A stretch of DNA of 59,122 nucleotides, the filler included. It is 3 parts of 3 records of this genome, joined end to end, with 100 filler letters (N's around TTAATTAATTAA, not from the genome) between each part and the next. Parts side by side here need not be neighbours in the genome. Positions count along the whole stretch, not along the records: positions 1 to 21,273 come from DRR723986_9350; positions 21,374 to 43,019 come from DRR723986_9355; 1 more part is not named here. One strand, given 5' to 3'. Within the stretch, counting starts at the first letter, position 1. Each line of letters starts with the position of its first letter. Of the stretch, positions 16,728-26,628 are shown piece by piece. The position numbers and the translations under genes were made by a program. Below the pieces are notes generated by a model, which saw only the letters and a list, made by a program, of their open reading frames with translations, made no database searches and was not told the origin of the DNA.

Positions 16728-19049
16728 ATGACGCAAGAGCGATTTGGATACATTTTTTGCGTGTTTTTTCTTGTATGTCTTGCCGGAGCCAAGGCTCAGA
16801 TGCAGGACGTGGACGCCGTCGCTAATCTGCAACTGGAATTTAGCCGCGATGGTTCCCGCTGCATTCAAGTCAGTTGGGATGCGGCCTCACAGGCAGTTGA
16901 CCACTACACAGTCTTCACCGGACTCAGCGAACCCGGGCAGCTGCGCTTCCACGCTCTAAGCCACAAAGCCAAGTTCAGCTTTTCCGTGCGTAGCGCGGGC
17001 CGCTACTACGTCATGATCATCGCGCAGCGCGACATGCGCACCAGCGATCCGACGATCGGCTACATCGACATCTCAGCTGCCGACGTGCGCAATCCCGCAC
17101 ATGGCGGTCAAATAGATTTTAAGAGCGAAGCGCCCACAACCGCGATTAGCGGCGAGACCTATCAGTACACTCCGCTTGCTCAAGAACGCGAAAACCAAGA
17201 ACTGAAGTTCGACCTGCTGGACAAACCGGCCGGCATGTACATAAGCCAGGCAACGGGCCAAATTACGTGGACACCTGCGGAAGCCGGTGAATATGAGATT
17301 ACTCTGCGCGCCCGGATTGTGCACGATCCGCAGGTAGAAGCCTTGCAGCACTGGCACGTGCGCGTCGTTGAGGCACATAACAACCCGCTGCACGCCTGTG
17401 TGGATGTTGACGTGCATGTGGCGCTGCCCGGCTCAACGCCAATCTACGCGGCCACTGTGACCGCAATCCGTGCCGATCGTGCCTTTACAACCGATGATGA
17501 CTATGCGGTGCGCAAACTGGATGTTGTCAGTGCTGCGCTTAATTATGGCAAAGCACGCATGCGTCTTGCAGCCGGTGATTACATTTTCAGGGTTGAAGAC
17601 GACCAGATTTACACCACCTGGTCTGGTGGTGTGCGTAGTCCGCAATACGCCAAAAAATACTCTTTCAGCTGTGATGCCTCAGGCCCTGTCCGCGAAGTTC
17701 GGTTTACGGCACATGCGCGCGATACCGATCCGGACTTTCGCATCGTACGCGGCCAGGTTCGTGACGCTGTGGACGGCCAGGGAATTCGATCCATGGTCAT
17801 CTTCCAGCCGGCAGTCAGCCATCCGCGGCCGGATATCCTGGGTAGCGGCAGCCTTAAAGTTGTGTTTACCGATCACGAGGGCAAATTCAATGATGGAATC
17901 CTTGCGGACGTGGCTTATGTGGCTGAGGCGATCTGCCTGCTGGCTGACCCGGTCACCGAGCAGCCGATATATTACAATATGTTCAATGGCCAGACTCTTT
18001 CGCCTCTGGAAGCGCCCATCCTGCGCACGTCCAGCCAGCCGGCCTGGGAGGCTCTAAACTTTGAGCTGCCGCGTTTGCCGGCCCACAACACGAAAATCGG
18101 ATTTAGAATTGGTGATCCCGAAGCGTCGCTGCGTCTGGGGGGAACCGCCGTGTTTTATCTGCTGGACCGCTCCACGGAGCCCTGGGGCATGCAAATCGTG
18201 CGCTCCGAATCGGCTTCGGCCACACGCACTCTGGATGTGCTCAAGCTGCCGGAGGGCGAGTATATAACACAGTATATTCCGTGGAGTAAGGGGCACCCCG
18301 TGCATTTCTTTGGGCCTAATTCGCAGCCGGTAAGCACGCCGCAGGAGGCGCGTATCTTTACTGTTCGCAGCGGACAGAATGGCGTGCACGAAGCCTGGAT
18401 CGCACAACTGGCACCATTGCAGGGCGTCCTGCAAACCAGAGGCAGTGCGGCTGTATGGCCCGTGGGAGTGAGTGCATCACGGCCGGCGCACGGCGCGCTG
18501 GTCTACGCCTTCGATGAAACCGGCGTGCTGGTCGATTTTGCAGTAGCCGATGAAAACGGTGAGTTTTTGATTGATCGCCTTGGCCTTGGAACCTACTCAC
18601 TCTACGTCAACAAAGGGCAATGCGCAGCCGAGGTTTTCGAAATCGAACGCAGCTACGCAGAGTTTGAGAGTACAATCCAACAGTTAGATATCAACTGTGA
18701 TGCCGGCGTCACTTCTATCGAAGACTTTGCGAATGTTCCCGCCAGTCAACAGGAATGCATCAAACTTGCACCACACCCGGCCGATAATACCTTGCACATT
18801 GCCTATCAAGTGCCCGGGCAGTTTTATGGTGTGGACGCAGGATTGGAACTAAGGGTCTTTGATCTCACCGGCCATCCACTGATCCGGCAACACCTGGGCT
18901 CGACTGCAACGAATGTTCAGACCAGCGCAAATGGGATCAATACTGTTGATCTTGAGCTAGATGTTTCAGCGCTGCCCGACGGTATCTACATTCTGGAAAT
19001 GCGCAGCGGAGCAAGCGTAGAGCGGCGCCCGGTTTTGATCAGACACTAA
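16728..19049 (+). CDS. T9SS type-A sorting domain protein with FN3-like, putative Ig and carboxypeptidase-regulatory-like domains
   Basis: Signal peptide; KPAGMYISQATGQITWTP (He_PIG-like Ig); VRGQVRDAVDGQGI; CTD LAPHPADNTL...VFDLTG...LDVSALPDGIYILEM; GAGGT RBS before ATG 16728. Confidence 0.82.
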   Translation: MTQERFGYIFCVFFLVCLAGAKAQMQDVDAVANLQLEFSRDGSRCIQVSWDAASQAVDHYTVFTGLSEPGQLRFHALSHKAKFSFSVRSAGRYYVMIIAQRDMRTSDPTIGYIDISAADVRNPAHGGQIDFKSEAPTTAISGETYQYTPLAQERENQELKFDLLDKPAGMYISQATGQITWTPAEAGEYEITLRARIVHDPQVEALQHWHVRVVEAHNNPLHACVDVDVHVALPGSTPIYAATVTAIRADRAFTTDDDYAVRKLDVVSAALNYGKARMRLAAGDYIFRVEDDQIYTTWSGGVRSPQYAKKYSFSCDASGPVREVRFTAHARDTDPDFRIVRGQVRDAVDGQGIRSMVIFQPAVSHPRPDILGSGSLKVVFTDHEGKFNDGILADVAYVAEAICLLADPVTEQPIYYNMFNGQTLSPLEAPILRTSSQPAWEALNFELPRLPAHNTKIGFRIGDPEASLRLGGTAVFYLLDRSTEPWGMQIVRSESASATRTLDVLKLPEGEYITQYIPWSKGHPVHFFGPNSQPVSTPQEARIFTVRSGQNGVHEAWIAQLAPLQGVLQTRGSAAVWPVGVSASRPAHGALVYAFDETGVLVDFAVADENGEFLIDRLGLGTYSLYVNKGQCAAEVFEIERSYAEFESTIQQLDINCDAGVTSIEDFANVPASQQECIKLAPHPADNTLHIAYQVPGQFYGVDAGLELRVFDLTGHPLIRQHLGSTATNVQTSANGINTVDLELDVSALPDGIYILEMRSGASVERRPVLIRH

Positions 19050-19132
19050 GCCGCATTCTGAATTTGCTCACAAGAGTTCTGCTCAACCGCCATAAACTGA
19101 TCATCGTTCAGAATTATTTGTACCTGAATATT

Positions 19133-19162
19133 TTGCAGTTTATTGATTCTGTCGTATGTTCG
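19133..19162 (+). promoter_or_regulatory. Putative housekeeping promoter TTGCAG-N16-TATGTTCG
   Basis: Resembles the Bacteroidota TAnnTTTG element with an upstream TTG; precedes a ~200-nt structured non-coding stretch. Confidence 0.35.
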
Positions 19163-19166
19163 CACC

Positions 19167-19362
19167 ATGGTTTAGCTAAATGCTCTGTTGAATTATGTAC
19201 GTGAGACGTGGTCCTTTGACTTCCCCCGAAAGAGTTAGAGGCCGCAAATGTTAGAAGGCAAGATCCGAGATACGATAGCTTTGGAGTCTCACGACTAAAC
19301 GATAACTAGTCCGGCAGCGACCTGCACTGTGTTTAATGCCCAAAAGGGCTCTTAGGCTGCAT
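19167..19362 (+). ncRNA. Candidate structured RNA / 5' leader, family not identified
   Basis: CGTGAGAC/GTCTCACG 8-bp stem enclosing two hairpins; further hairpins GACTA/TAGTC and GCCC-AAAA-GGGC; no credible ORF. Confidence 0.35.
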
Positions 19363-19369
19363 TTTAACT

Positions 19370-20962
19370 GTGAAAAACGTAAAATCAACGTGGGGAATCC
19401 CGGCGCTGACGGTACTCTTATGTGCTGTCTGTCTGGGACCAATTATCTTTTTTCCGATTTCTCCGGATCTGGCGGTATTTGCACAGGGCGGGCGTGTATT
19501 GCTGGAAGGCGGAGCGATGTACCGCGACTTCATTGATGTGAAGCCGCCGCTGGTGTTTTATATTCTGGCTTTTGTGCAGTGGCTATTCGGCAGTTCCGAA
19601 GTTGCCTTGCGTCTCTTTGACTTTTCCTGGCAAATGTTAACATGTTTGTCGCTCTATCTTACGGTCAGACGCAGTGGCTTCGGTAAACTCTCCGGGTTAC
19701 TGTCGGCTGGGGTTTATGCAATCATCTACAGCACACACAGCGCCGTTTCTACGATGCAGTGTGAATCGTTTGGCGGCATTGCCCTTATCTGGAGTTTGTA
19801 CTTTTTGCACAGCCGTCCGCGTGACATGCGCGCTACACTTTTTGCAGGGTTGTTAATTGGTTTTGTGATTGCCCTGAAGTACACGATGGTGATTGTTTTG
19901 GCAGCGTTGCTTGTGTATGACTTGACGCTCTGGCGCCAGACCGGGCAAAACTTTATGCAGCGCTGGTGTTGTTTAAGTCTTGGGCTGGTTCTGGCCTTGG
20001 GGCTGTTTCTGGTTTGGCCCCTGACGCCGCCTGGAGTTTGGCAGCCCTTCAGCCTCATGTTGGACTTTCTATTGGATTACAATGCAATTACCGGGTTTGG
20101 CTCGGATGCCGTCCGGCGTGTCCTGGCCGAAGTTCCCTGGTATTTTGCGGATCAACTGTCCATCCTCGTTTCTGCCGGTGTCGCCTGGGCTTTGTTTAAG
20201 TTTATGGCCGGTACGCAGCAGTTCTCTGACGCGCAGCGCAACTACTTGGGGCTGCTCCTGTTAACTGCCTTCTGTTTACTCATTTCCGTAGTCATTGAAC
20301 GCAAGTTGTTTGCATATCATTTTAGTCGGATGTTGGTTGTACTCCTGCCCTTGAGTGGTATTGGCCTGGCAGCGATTGCACCCTTTTTATTGCGTGCCTG
20401 GCGTTCGTCAAACTTGCTGGTTCGCTCTGTAGTTGTGGCCGCATGCCTGGGCCTTGTTGTTTTTAGCCCTTTGCCTCGTTATGTTAATCAGGTGATTCCG
20501 GCTGTACATTTTTTTGTAGATCCTGCCAAATACGACGCGCGATTTGAACAGGCGCACGTGGATGAGTCGATTATGCGTCTGCAGTACAAGCAGGTGACAA
20601 AATATGTTAACAGCCGCAGGGGAACGCAGGAAATGCCTTTGGTGCTGGCGACACATGCCGCCAAAATTCACGCTTTTCTGGATTTGCCGCACACACCCAA
20701 ATTTCCTAGTAGTCAGTTTTATGCTTCGCCGATGGCACCGCGGGAATGGCGCGAGGATTTTTACAGGGATCTGGGAGCTGCCGATTGGTTAATTGTCCAA
20801 AACAATGATCGCTTTGAGATTGTTACTGGAACTGACGTGACCAGTGCTGAGTTTTTGGAACGGGATGTACGTGCACGGCAAATTCTGACGCGGCGATTTG
20901 TACCTGACACGTCTTTTGCGTCATTTACGGTGTATTGTCTGACAGAGCGGGCGCGCCGCTGA
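19370..20962 (+). CDS. GT-C fold membrane glycosyltransferase (ArnT/PMT-like)
   Basis: DLAVFAQGG...YRDFIDVKPPL loop motif; about 11-13 TM helices; soluble C-terminal domain. Confidence 0.8.
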   Translation: MKNVKSTWGIPALTVLLCAVCLGPIIFFPISPDLAVFAQGGRVLLEGGAMYRDFIDVKPPLVFYILAFVQWLFGSSEVALRLFDFSWQMLTCLSLYLTVRRSGFGKLSGLLSAGVYAIIYSTHSAVSTMQCESFGGIALIWSLYFLHSRPRDMRATLFAGLLIGFVIALKYTMVIVLAALLVYDLTLWRQTGQNFMQRWCCLSLGLVLALGLFLVWPLTPPGVWQPFSLMLDFLLDYNAITGFGSDAVRRVLAEVPWYFADQLSILVSAGVAWALFKFMAGTQQFSDAQRNYLGLLLLTAFCLLISVVIERKLFAYHFSRMLVVLLPLSGIGLAAIAPFLLRAWRSSNLLVRSVVVAACLGLVVFSPLPRYVNQVIPAVHFFVDPAKYDARFEQAHVDESIMRLQYKQVTKYVNSRRGTQEMPLVLATHAAKIHAFLDLPHTPKFPSSQFYASPMAPREWREDFYRDLGAADWLIVQNNDRFEIVTGTDVTSAEFLERDVRARQILTRRFVPDTSFASFTVYCLTERARR

Positions 20963-21273
20963 CGGCTACCCTTTTTGAGGTCTTTTGTTCGTTGTTGCGG
21001 CTGGAATGTTAAGTTCTTGAGCCCGGCTTTGAGTTGCACCGCAGTTCAGCATTTGGGCTGAGCCTGCAAGCACCAGCCGCCAATATGCAGCTTGTGTGTT
21101 AAGTGTTTTTTGGCTTGGTGGGTAACGCAGTTAACTGAGTAATCGACAGTTGGCCAGGAAGCTGGCGCAATAGTATGCGGCGCACTTTTCCGTTGGCGAA
21201 CGGTGCGTCTTGCGTCGGAGGCGCGAAAGTTTAACGATTTGCTAATGTTAGTCCCGCTGAATCATTTTGGATT

Positions 21274-21373
21274 NNNNNNNNNNNNNNNNNNNNNNNNNNN
21301 NNNNNNNNNNNNNNNNNTTAATTAATTAANNNNNNNNNNNNNNNNNNNNNNNNNNNNNNNNNNNNNNNNNNNN
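21274..21373. other. Artificial contig linker N44-TTAATTAATTAA-N44
   Basis: Exact 100-nt spacer with stops in all six frames; identical to 43020-43119. Confidence 0.99.
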
Positions 21374-21392
21374 AACGCGGCTTTTTGCCCTC

Positions 21393-21419
21393 AATGTCGG
21401 CAGTGAGCCCAAAGCAGTC
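21393..21419 (+). repeat. Partial copy of the gene-boundary repeat
   Basis: AATGTCGGCAGTGAGCCCA matches the 5' part of the copies at 23020 and 25724. Confidence 0.55.
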
Positions 21420-21507
21420 TTGGCTTTCCCGAAGATGCGCGTGGTTGCCCGCAAGGGCAACGTGTGTAGAGTATGAACGAACCTCACCAACAAGGGAGTT
21501 TCCGATC

Positions 21508-22950
21508 GTGCGACGAATTTTCAAGATGGCACAGGCCCTCGTTGTCGCGACTACCTTGGGGGCATCAAGTTCAGCAATGGCACAGACAGATCGCCCCAAC
21601 ATTGTATATCTGCTGGTGGACAATTGGGGTTGGGGTGACATCGGCCTTCAAGGCAGCACGGTCCCTTCGCCTGAGATCGATGCATTGGCCGCTGAAGGAA
21701 TGCGGTTGCTCAACTTTAATATTGAGAACCAGTGCACACCGACGCGGTCTGCCATTCATACCGGTCGTTTTCCAATCCGCAGTGGCACTCAGAAGGTTGC
21801 CGCACCCGGTGAGCCCGATGGTCTCGCGCCTTGGGAATACACCATCGCCGAACTCTTGTCTGATGCAGGTTACAGGACCGCCCTCTTTGGAAAATGGCAT
21901 ATTGGTTCGCAGGTTGGGCGGCACCCCAGCGATCAGGGGTATGACGAGTGGTGGGGGATCAACGAAGGTTCCAACGCGGCAGCATATACGGCCACGCCCG
22001 AGTTCGACCCGGAGGTCGCGGCCATACCGCGCTTTTGGGAAGGCAAGAAAGGGACGCCGTCCTACGAAACAGAACTCTACGACACGGACGGTAAAACGAC
22101 CTTTGACCGCAACATTACGGATCGCGCCGTTAGCTACATTGAGCAACGCGCTGGTGACGATGAGCCCTTCTTTTTATACGTCGGATTCACGCAATTTCAC
22201 CCGCCTTGGGTGATCCACCCTGATTTCGATGGGGTCTCGGGCGCGGGCATTTACTCGGATATCAAATACGAAGTTGATCACAACATCGGTCTTATCCTCG
22301 ACTCGCTCGACACCTCGGGCATCGCCGACAACACAATCGTCGTGTTGACTGGCGATAATGGACCCGGCACACTTCCGCAGGGGCTCGGTTATGCCACTGG
22401 TGAAGTTGGTGGCTCGACAGGACCGTGGCGCGGTGGCCTCAGCACTGGTTTCGAGGGAGGTTTGCGAACGCCTGCAATGGTCCGCTGGCCCGGACGGGTT
22501 CCTACCGGTGTCGTATCAAACGAAATCGTTTCGGTGCTCGACATCTATCCGACTCTGGCCACTCTTGCGGGAGAAGCGGAACGCGTTCCGTCGGACCGGC
22601 CCATCGACGGCGTGGACCAAAGTGCATTCTTTCTTGGTAAGCAGAAGGCTTCCAATCGAGAACACGTCGTAACGTTCGTCGGTGATGACGTCTTCGCCGT
22701 GAAGTGGCGTGACATCAAGGTGCACTTCTTCACAGCCGAAAGCACATTCTCGGAAATCAAACAGAATACTTTCCCTCAGGTCTACAACATCAAGGAAGAT
22801 CCGGCGGAACAATTTGAGCTTTGGGGCAATGAAGGTTTTTCTCACGCTTGGGTAATGACACCAGTGACGGGCATCCTGAGCGATCTCACGTCGAGCATGG
22901 TTGAGTTCCCAAATATTAAGCCTGGAGAAGACTTCGAGGGCTACGAGTAA
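21508..22950 (+). CDS. Secreted arylsulfatase (Cys-type formylglycine sulfatase)
   Basis: PNIVYLLVDNWG, CTPTRSAIHTGR (CxPxR), GYRTALFGKWHIG, TGDNG; GTG start after AGGGAG; signal peptide. Confidence 0.93.
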   Translation: MRRIFKMAQALVVATTLGASSSAMAQTDRPNIVYLLVDNWGWGDIGLQGSTVPSPEIDALAAEGMRLLNFNIENQCTPTRSAIHTGRFPIRSGTQKVAAPGEPDGLAPWEYTIAELLSDAGYRTALFGKWHIGSQVGRHPSDQGYDEWWGINEGSNAAAYTATPEFDPEVAAIPRFWEGKKGTPSYETELYDTDGKTTFDRNITDRAVSYIEQRAGDDEPFFLYVGFTQFHPPWVIHPDFDGVSGAGIYSDIKYEVDHNIGLILDSLDTSGIADNTIVVLTGDNGPGTLPQGLGYATGEVGGSTGPWRGGLSTGFEGGLRTPAMVRWPGRVPTGVVSNEIVSVLDIYPTLATLAGEAERVPSDRPIDGVDQSAFFLGKQKASNREHVVTFVGDDVFAVKWRDIKVHFFTAESTFSEIKQNTFPQVYNIKEDPAEQFELWGNEGFSHAWVMTPVTGILSDLTSSMVEFPNIKPGEDFEGYE

Positions 22951-23019
22951 TCTGCTGCTTAGTCCGCTGAGCTGACATCCAAGCTAAGAAAGTATCCCTT
23001 TGCCTGACTGAACTTGTCG

Positions 23020-23076
23020 GATGGCGGCTTAGAGCCCATACTTCCAAATGCTGCGGGCTGCATGAGTGGCCGCTTT
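23020..23076 (+). repeat. 57-bp gene-boundary repeat, copy A
   Basis: Ungapped alignment to 25724-25780 gives 37/57 identity by hand count; conserved blocks GAGCCCA, ATGCTGCG, TGCA, AGTGnCnGCTTT. Confidence 0.75.
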
Positions 23077-23103
23077 CGGATGGTGCGATACATTTTACAA
23101 CTG

Positions 23104-23489
23104 GTACAATTTCTATTCTGTGGAGAACAGTTGGACGAAAAAGCATAGCCAGCTACTTTGATCTCGACCAAACCAACATTGAAGCCTTTCTGGACGCGCT
23201 GGATAAGTGGGATGAAGAGGACAAGATCAAAGCCATCATTGCCATCACCGACAGCATTTACATCTTCGATCTGGGGCATGACACACCCGCCGATACCGGG
23301 GTGACCGTAGTGGGCAGTGTTAATTACCAAGACTTGGCAGAAAAGCTTGTACAGTAGGGTGCGGTTCCTGGCCTTTCGCCCGAGACCAGCCCCGACTATA
23401 TCGATTGGGACTGCCTGATCCGCGACATTTCAATAGATCATTTCGAAGCAATCATCGCGGGGCAGCGCGCAATCTATCATGCTGCGTGA
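23104..23489 (+). pseudogene. ardA: Antirestriction protein ArdA remnant (5'-truncated, frameshift near 23140, internal TAG 23355-23357)
   Basis: Manual translation DLDQTNIEAFLDALDKWDEEDKIKAIIA...QDLAEKLVQ*G...DYIDWDCLIRDISIDHFEAIIAGQRAIY matches the acidic ArdA pattern (LAE-x-x-V-E-E-G, YIDY-x-x-I-x-RDL); absent from the ORF track. Confidence 0.75.
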
Positions 23490-24240
23490 AAGTGGTGGCC
23501 TCTGCGATCTGAGGCACCCACAAAGGCAGAAATTGAGCTGCAGCACGCTCTACCAATCAACAAACAGATTCATCTGAAACCCTGCGTAATATACTGAATT
23601 AAGTAAGATAAATGCAGCTTTTGGTTTCTGGGAATCTCTGCTTGATACCATTTAATCCTTAGCACAAACACAGGATCAAAGAAATGAAAGACAGTTCAGC
23701 CTTTCTTGAAGAAATAGGAATGTCGGTCTCTGATTTCGAAGGATTGGTACTGGTTTTTTCCATCCATGACGTTTGGGAGGAATTTGGTGGTTAACGAACA
23801 ATCAGGCGTTCGGCTCGCCCTAGAGAATTTGGGGTTTTAGAAGTATGCAACGCTGATGAAGATTTTGTGCGTTCAGTTCTCCTGCCATTCGACCAGCATG
23901 GCGCTGCAAGGGCAATGTCGTGTCATTCTGTCAAACCGAGAAAGAGAACTTGTTTGCAGAAAAATTGATGCTGCGACAAGCGGCGAAATCCATGCTGAAG
24001 TCGAATGCGAAATCCTTGCCTCTCTCCCCGATCTCCGATGGGAGCTCGCATTGGGTGACTCCCTTTGCACTGGCGACCACATCCATTCGGTGAGGCGGGA
24101 AAACAGCCTTCTTCGGATCTGTCCGAAGACGTATAAATCAGTTGCGTCAAAAGCCGGGAGACCTAACCGCTTTATTGGGCCATCCCTGCTTTCTGGGATC
24201 CCCTCCTTCCCTTATGGCGTGCCAGGTGCCAAAAGTAGGA

Positions 24241-25671
24241 ATGTCGAAAAAGACCCTGAACAAAACTAACCTCGAAGCACTGGGGGCCGACACACTGGCC
24301 ACCTTGCTCATGGAAGTCAGCACGGGCAGTGCCGAGATCAAACGCCGGCTGCGATTGGAGCTGAGCCACAACCTCGGCGCGTCAGAGTTGGCCCGGGAGG
24401 TCCGCAAACGGCTCGTGTCCTTAAGAAAATCAACCAGCTTTGTTGGCTGGCGCAAGCGCAAGGCCCTGATCAAGGATCTCGACACACAAGTGAAGATGAT
24501 CGTTGAAAAGATCGCCCCCGAAGATCCAACCACCGCCTTTGATTTGTTGTGGGACTTCATCGAAATCGCCCCTTCGGTCTATGAGCGGGTTGATGACAGC
24601 AGGGGCGAAGTTGGGGATGTATTTCGTGGGGCCATTCAGCAATTTGAAGAGATTGCACCGCGTACTCTTCTTGATCCAGAGGCGTTGGCAGGGCGTGTGT
24701 GGGCCGTGATACAGGACAATGGGTATGGTGAATGGGACGGGGTCATCGCGCTGATGGCCCCCGCACTTGGGGTTTCGGGCCTCGCGCAATTGAAAACCTA
24801 CGTGCAGGTTTACGCAGATGAACCTCTCGGCAGCGTTCCAGAAGACCACGAGGCAATCCAGTTTTTGCGCCAACTGCGTGGGGGTGACTCCTACGTCGCA
24901 GACAACAAGGCCCGTAATGTTAAATCATACCTGCAAGAAATCGCTGCCGCAGCCGGAGATACTCAAGCCTATATCGCCGAATACTCGGAGGAAGACTTGC
25001 TGAGGAAAGACATCTCGGCTGAGGTCGCCTTGCTTTTGCTTGCAGACGAAAGGGCTGACGACGCTTTGGTTCTGTTGCAGAACGCCGGTCAGGAAGATCG
25101 CGTGTTCGGGCAAGAGGTCTGGGACGTCGCCTATATCACCTGCCTGACGGCGCTTGGTCGGGTTGAGGGCGCTCAAGCCCATCGGTGGAACTGCTTTGCC
25201 AGAACGCTGCACTCGCAGCATCTGCGTGACTATCTCAAGCTTTTAACGGATTTCGACGATGTTGAGGCAGAGGATCGGGCCAAGCAACATGTTCTAGAGT
25301 ACGAAAACCTCTCGACTGCGCTCGAGTTTTGTCTCAGCTGGCCCGATCTGCTGACCGCCGCCCAGTTGATTGAAACCCGCACGGATGAGATTGATGGCGA
25401 CCATTTCATGCTGCTGACGCCCGCAACCGACGCCCTTCGCGTGCGGCATCCGCTTGCTACGGTGCTGCTTTGGCGGGCGATGATCGACTATGCTCTCGGG
25501 AATGGCCGATCCTCTCGATACGGTCACGCCGCCGAGCACCTCGCCGACTGCGCAGCGCTAGATCCCGTGATCACGGATTACGGGATATTTCCCAGTCACG
25601 AGGATTACCTTCAGTCTCTGCAAGCCAGGCATGATCGTAAATCCTCGTTTTGGGCGATGGTGTATCAGTAA
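24241..25671 (+). CDS. DUF6880-like alpha-helical protein
   Basis: N-terminus MSKKTLNKTNLEALGADTLATLL...KRRLRLEL, YERVDDSRG, C-terminal HDRKSSFW; AGGA before ATG 24241. Confidence 0.7.
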   Translation: MSKKTLNKTNLEALGADTLATLLMEVSTGSAEIKRRLRLELSHNLGASELAREVRKRLVSLRKSTSFVGWRKRKALIKDLDTQVKMIVEKIAPEDPTTAFDLLWDFIEIAPSVYERVDDSRGEVGDVFRGAIQQFEEIAPRTLLDPEALAGRVWAVIQDNGYGEWDGVIALMAPALGVSGLAQLKTYVQVYADEPLGSVPEDHEAIQFLRQLRGGDSYVADNKARNVKSYLQEIAAAAGDTQAYIAEYSEEDLLRKDISAEVALLLLADERADDALVLLQNAGQEDRVFGQEVWDVAYITCLTALGRVEGAQAHRWNCFARTLHSQHLRDYLKLLTDFDDVEAEDRAKQHVLEYENLSTALEFCLSWPDLLTAAQLIETRTDEIDGDHFMLLTPATDALRVRHPLATVLLWRAMIDYALGNGRSSRYGHAAEHLADCAALDPVITDYGIFPSHEDYLQSLQARHDRKSSFWAMVYQ

Positions 25672-25723
25672 ATCGATTTTTGTGACCTTGGATGGTTAGC
25701 AGTCAATCGCTCAGAACACGGCG

Positions 25724-25780
25724 AATGACTGCAGAGAGCCCACTTTGAACGATGCTGCGCCGTGCACAAGTGTCGGCTTT
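25724..25780 (+). repeat. 57-bp gene-boundary repeat, copy B
   Basis: See copy A; lies between the convergent ends of the DUF6880 and WYL genes. Confidence 0.75.
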
Positions 25781-25809
25781 GGTGTGGTCAGGCGCTGACT
25801 GGGCCATTA

Positions 25810-26523
25810 TCATCCCTCTCGGGATTGGTTTGCATAGCTCGCCCGTTCTTGATCCATCGCGGAGCGCCAGCGTGCACGTAAAGCAAGTGCATTTTCTGGT
25901 ATCCCTTGCTCCAGAACATCCGCTGATATCATACGATCCGTGCGGAAATAGCGAAAGTCGCTTCGAAGTTCACACCAAGCCGCAAGTATCCGTCCTGCGT
26001 CCCGATAGCCAAGCAGAATTGGCCAGACAACGCGTTCCGTCCGTTCTTCAGAACCACCATCGTAAACCAGAGTCATCTTTCGATGTGCACGAATGGCATT
26101 CCTAAGAAGTGAGGAATTGACTGCTTCACAAGCCGAAACAACAGGTGCGATGCTCGTAGCAGGTTCCAATACGTGTCCCCGCAGGCGCTCTGGAATGACT
26201 ACTTCGATCTTGGCAAGAAAGTTGAGGGCGGCTTTTACCAATTCTGGCTCACCTCTACTTGCAACCCAATGCGCGCCCAAGACCGCGGCGTCCAGTTCAT
26301 CCGAAGTCAGCATCAAAGGCGGCATATCAAAACCTTTTTCAAGGACGTACCCAATGCCAGCTTCTCCCCGGACGGGGACGTTTTGCTCCTTCAGCGCTGC
26401 TATATCGCGATATACAGAACGCTTGGACGATCCCAGTTCAGCCGCGATACGCTGTGCCGAAATCGGCTTTCTCGCGAGGCGAAGAAGCTGAATAATTTCA
26501 AATAGTCGTTCCGCTTTGCGCAA
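25810..26523 (-). CDS. YafY-type HTH-WYL transcriptional regulator
   Basis: MRKAERLFEIIQLLR, RSVYRDIAAL, GEAGIGY, TERVVWP, AWCELRSDFRYFRTDR. Confidence 0.92.
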   Translation of the reverse strand: MRKAERLFEIIQLLRLARKPISAQRIAAELGSSKRSVYRDIAALKEQNVPVRGEAGIGYVLEKGFDMPPLMLTSDELDAAVLGAHWVASRGEPELVKAALNFLAKIEVVIPERLRGHVLEPATSIAPVVSACEAVNSSLLRNAIRAHRKMTLVYDGGSEERTERVVWPILLGYRDAGRILAAWCELRSDFRYFRTDRMISADVLEQGIPENALALRARWRSAMDQERASYANQSREG

Positions 26524-26542
26524 AGAACGCCCCCCGTGTTGG

Positions 26543-26566
26543 ATGCTGCCACAATGCTGTCAGCAT
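26543..26566. promoter_or_regulatory. Palindromic operator between the WYL regulator and the GFA gene
   Basis: ATGCTGCCA-CAATGC-TGTCAGCAT (8/9 inverted repeat, 6-nt spacer). Confidence 0.7.
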
Positions 26567-26628
26567 GGCATATTCCTTTCGTTAAACAAACCTGTAGGTA
26601 GGACCAAACAAACAAAAGGAAGACGAAC

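Noticed and set aside
19150-19322. 6S RNA identity for the structured region
   Set aside because: GTCGTATGTTCG can pair with CGGCAGCGAC and the size fits, but the interior forms a branched junction rather than a rod with a central bubble, and the 5' arm overlaps the putative promoter; left unassigned
21318-21641. ORF running into the N-linker
   Set aside because: Artefact of the synthetic spacer
22959-23330. 123-aa minus-strand ORF
   Set aside because: Antisense shadow of the ardA remnant and the boundary repeat
23500-24240. Short ORFs in the AT-richer gap before DUF6880
   Set aside because: No recognisable family; probably decayed sequence
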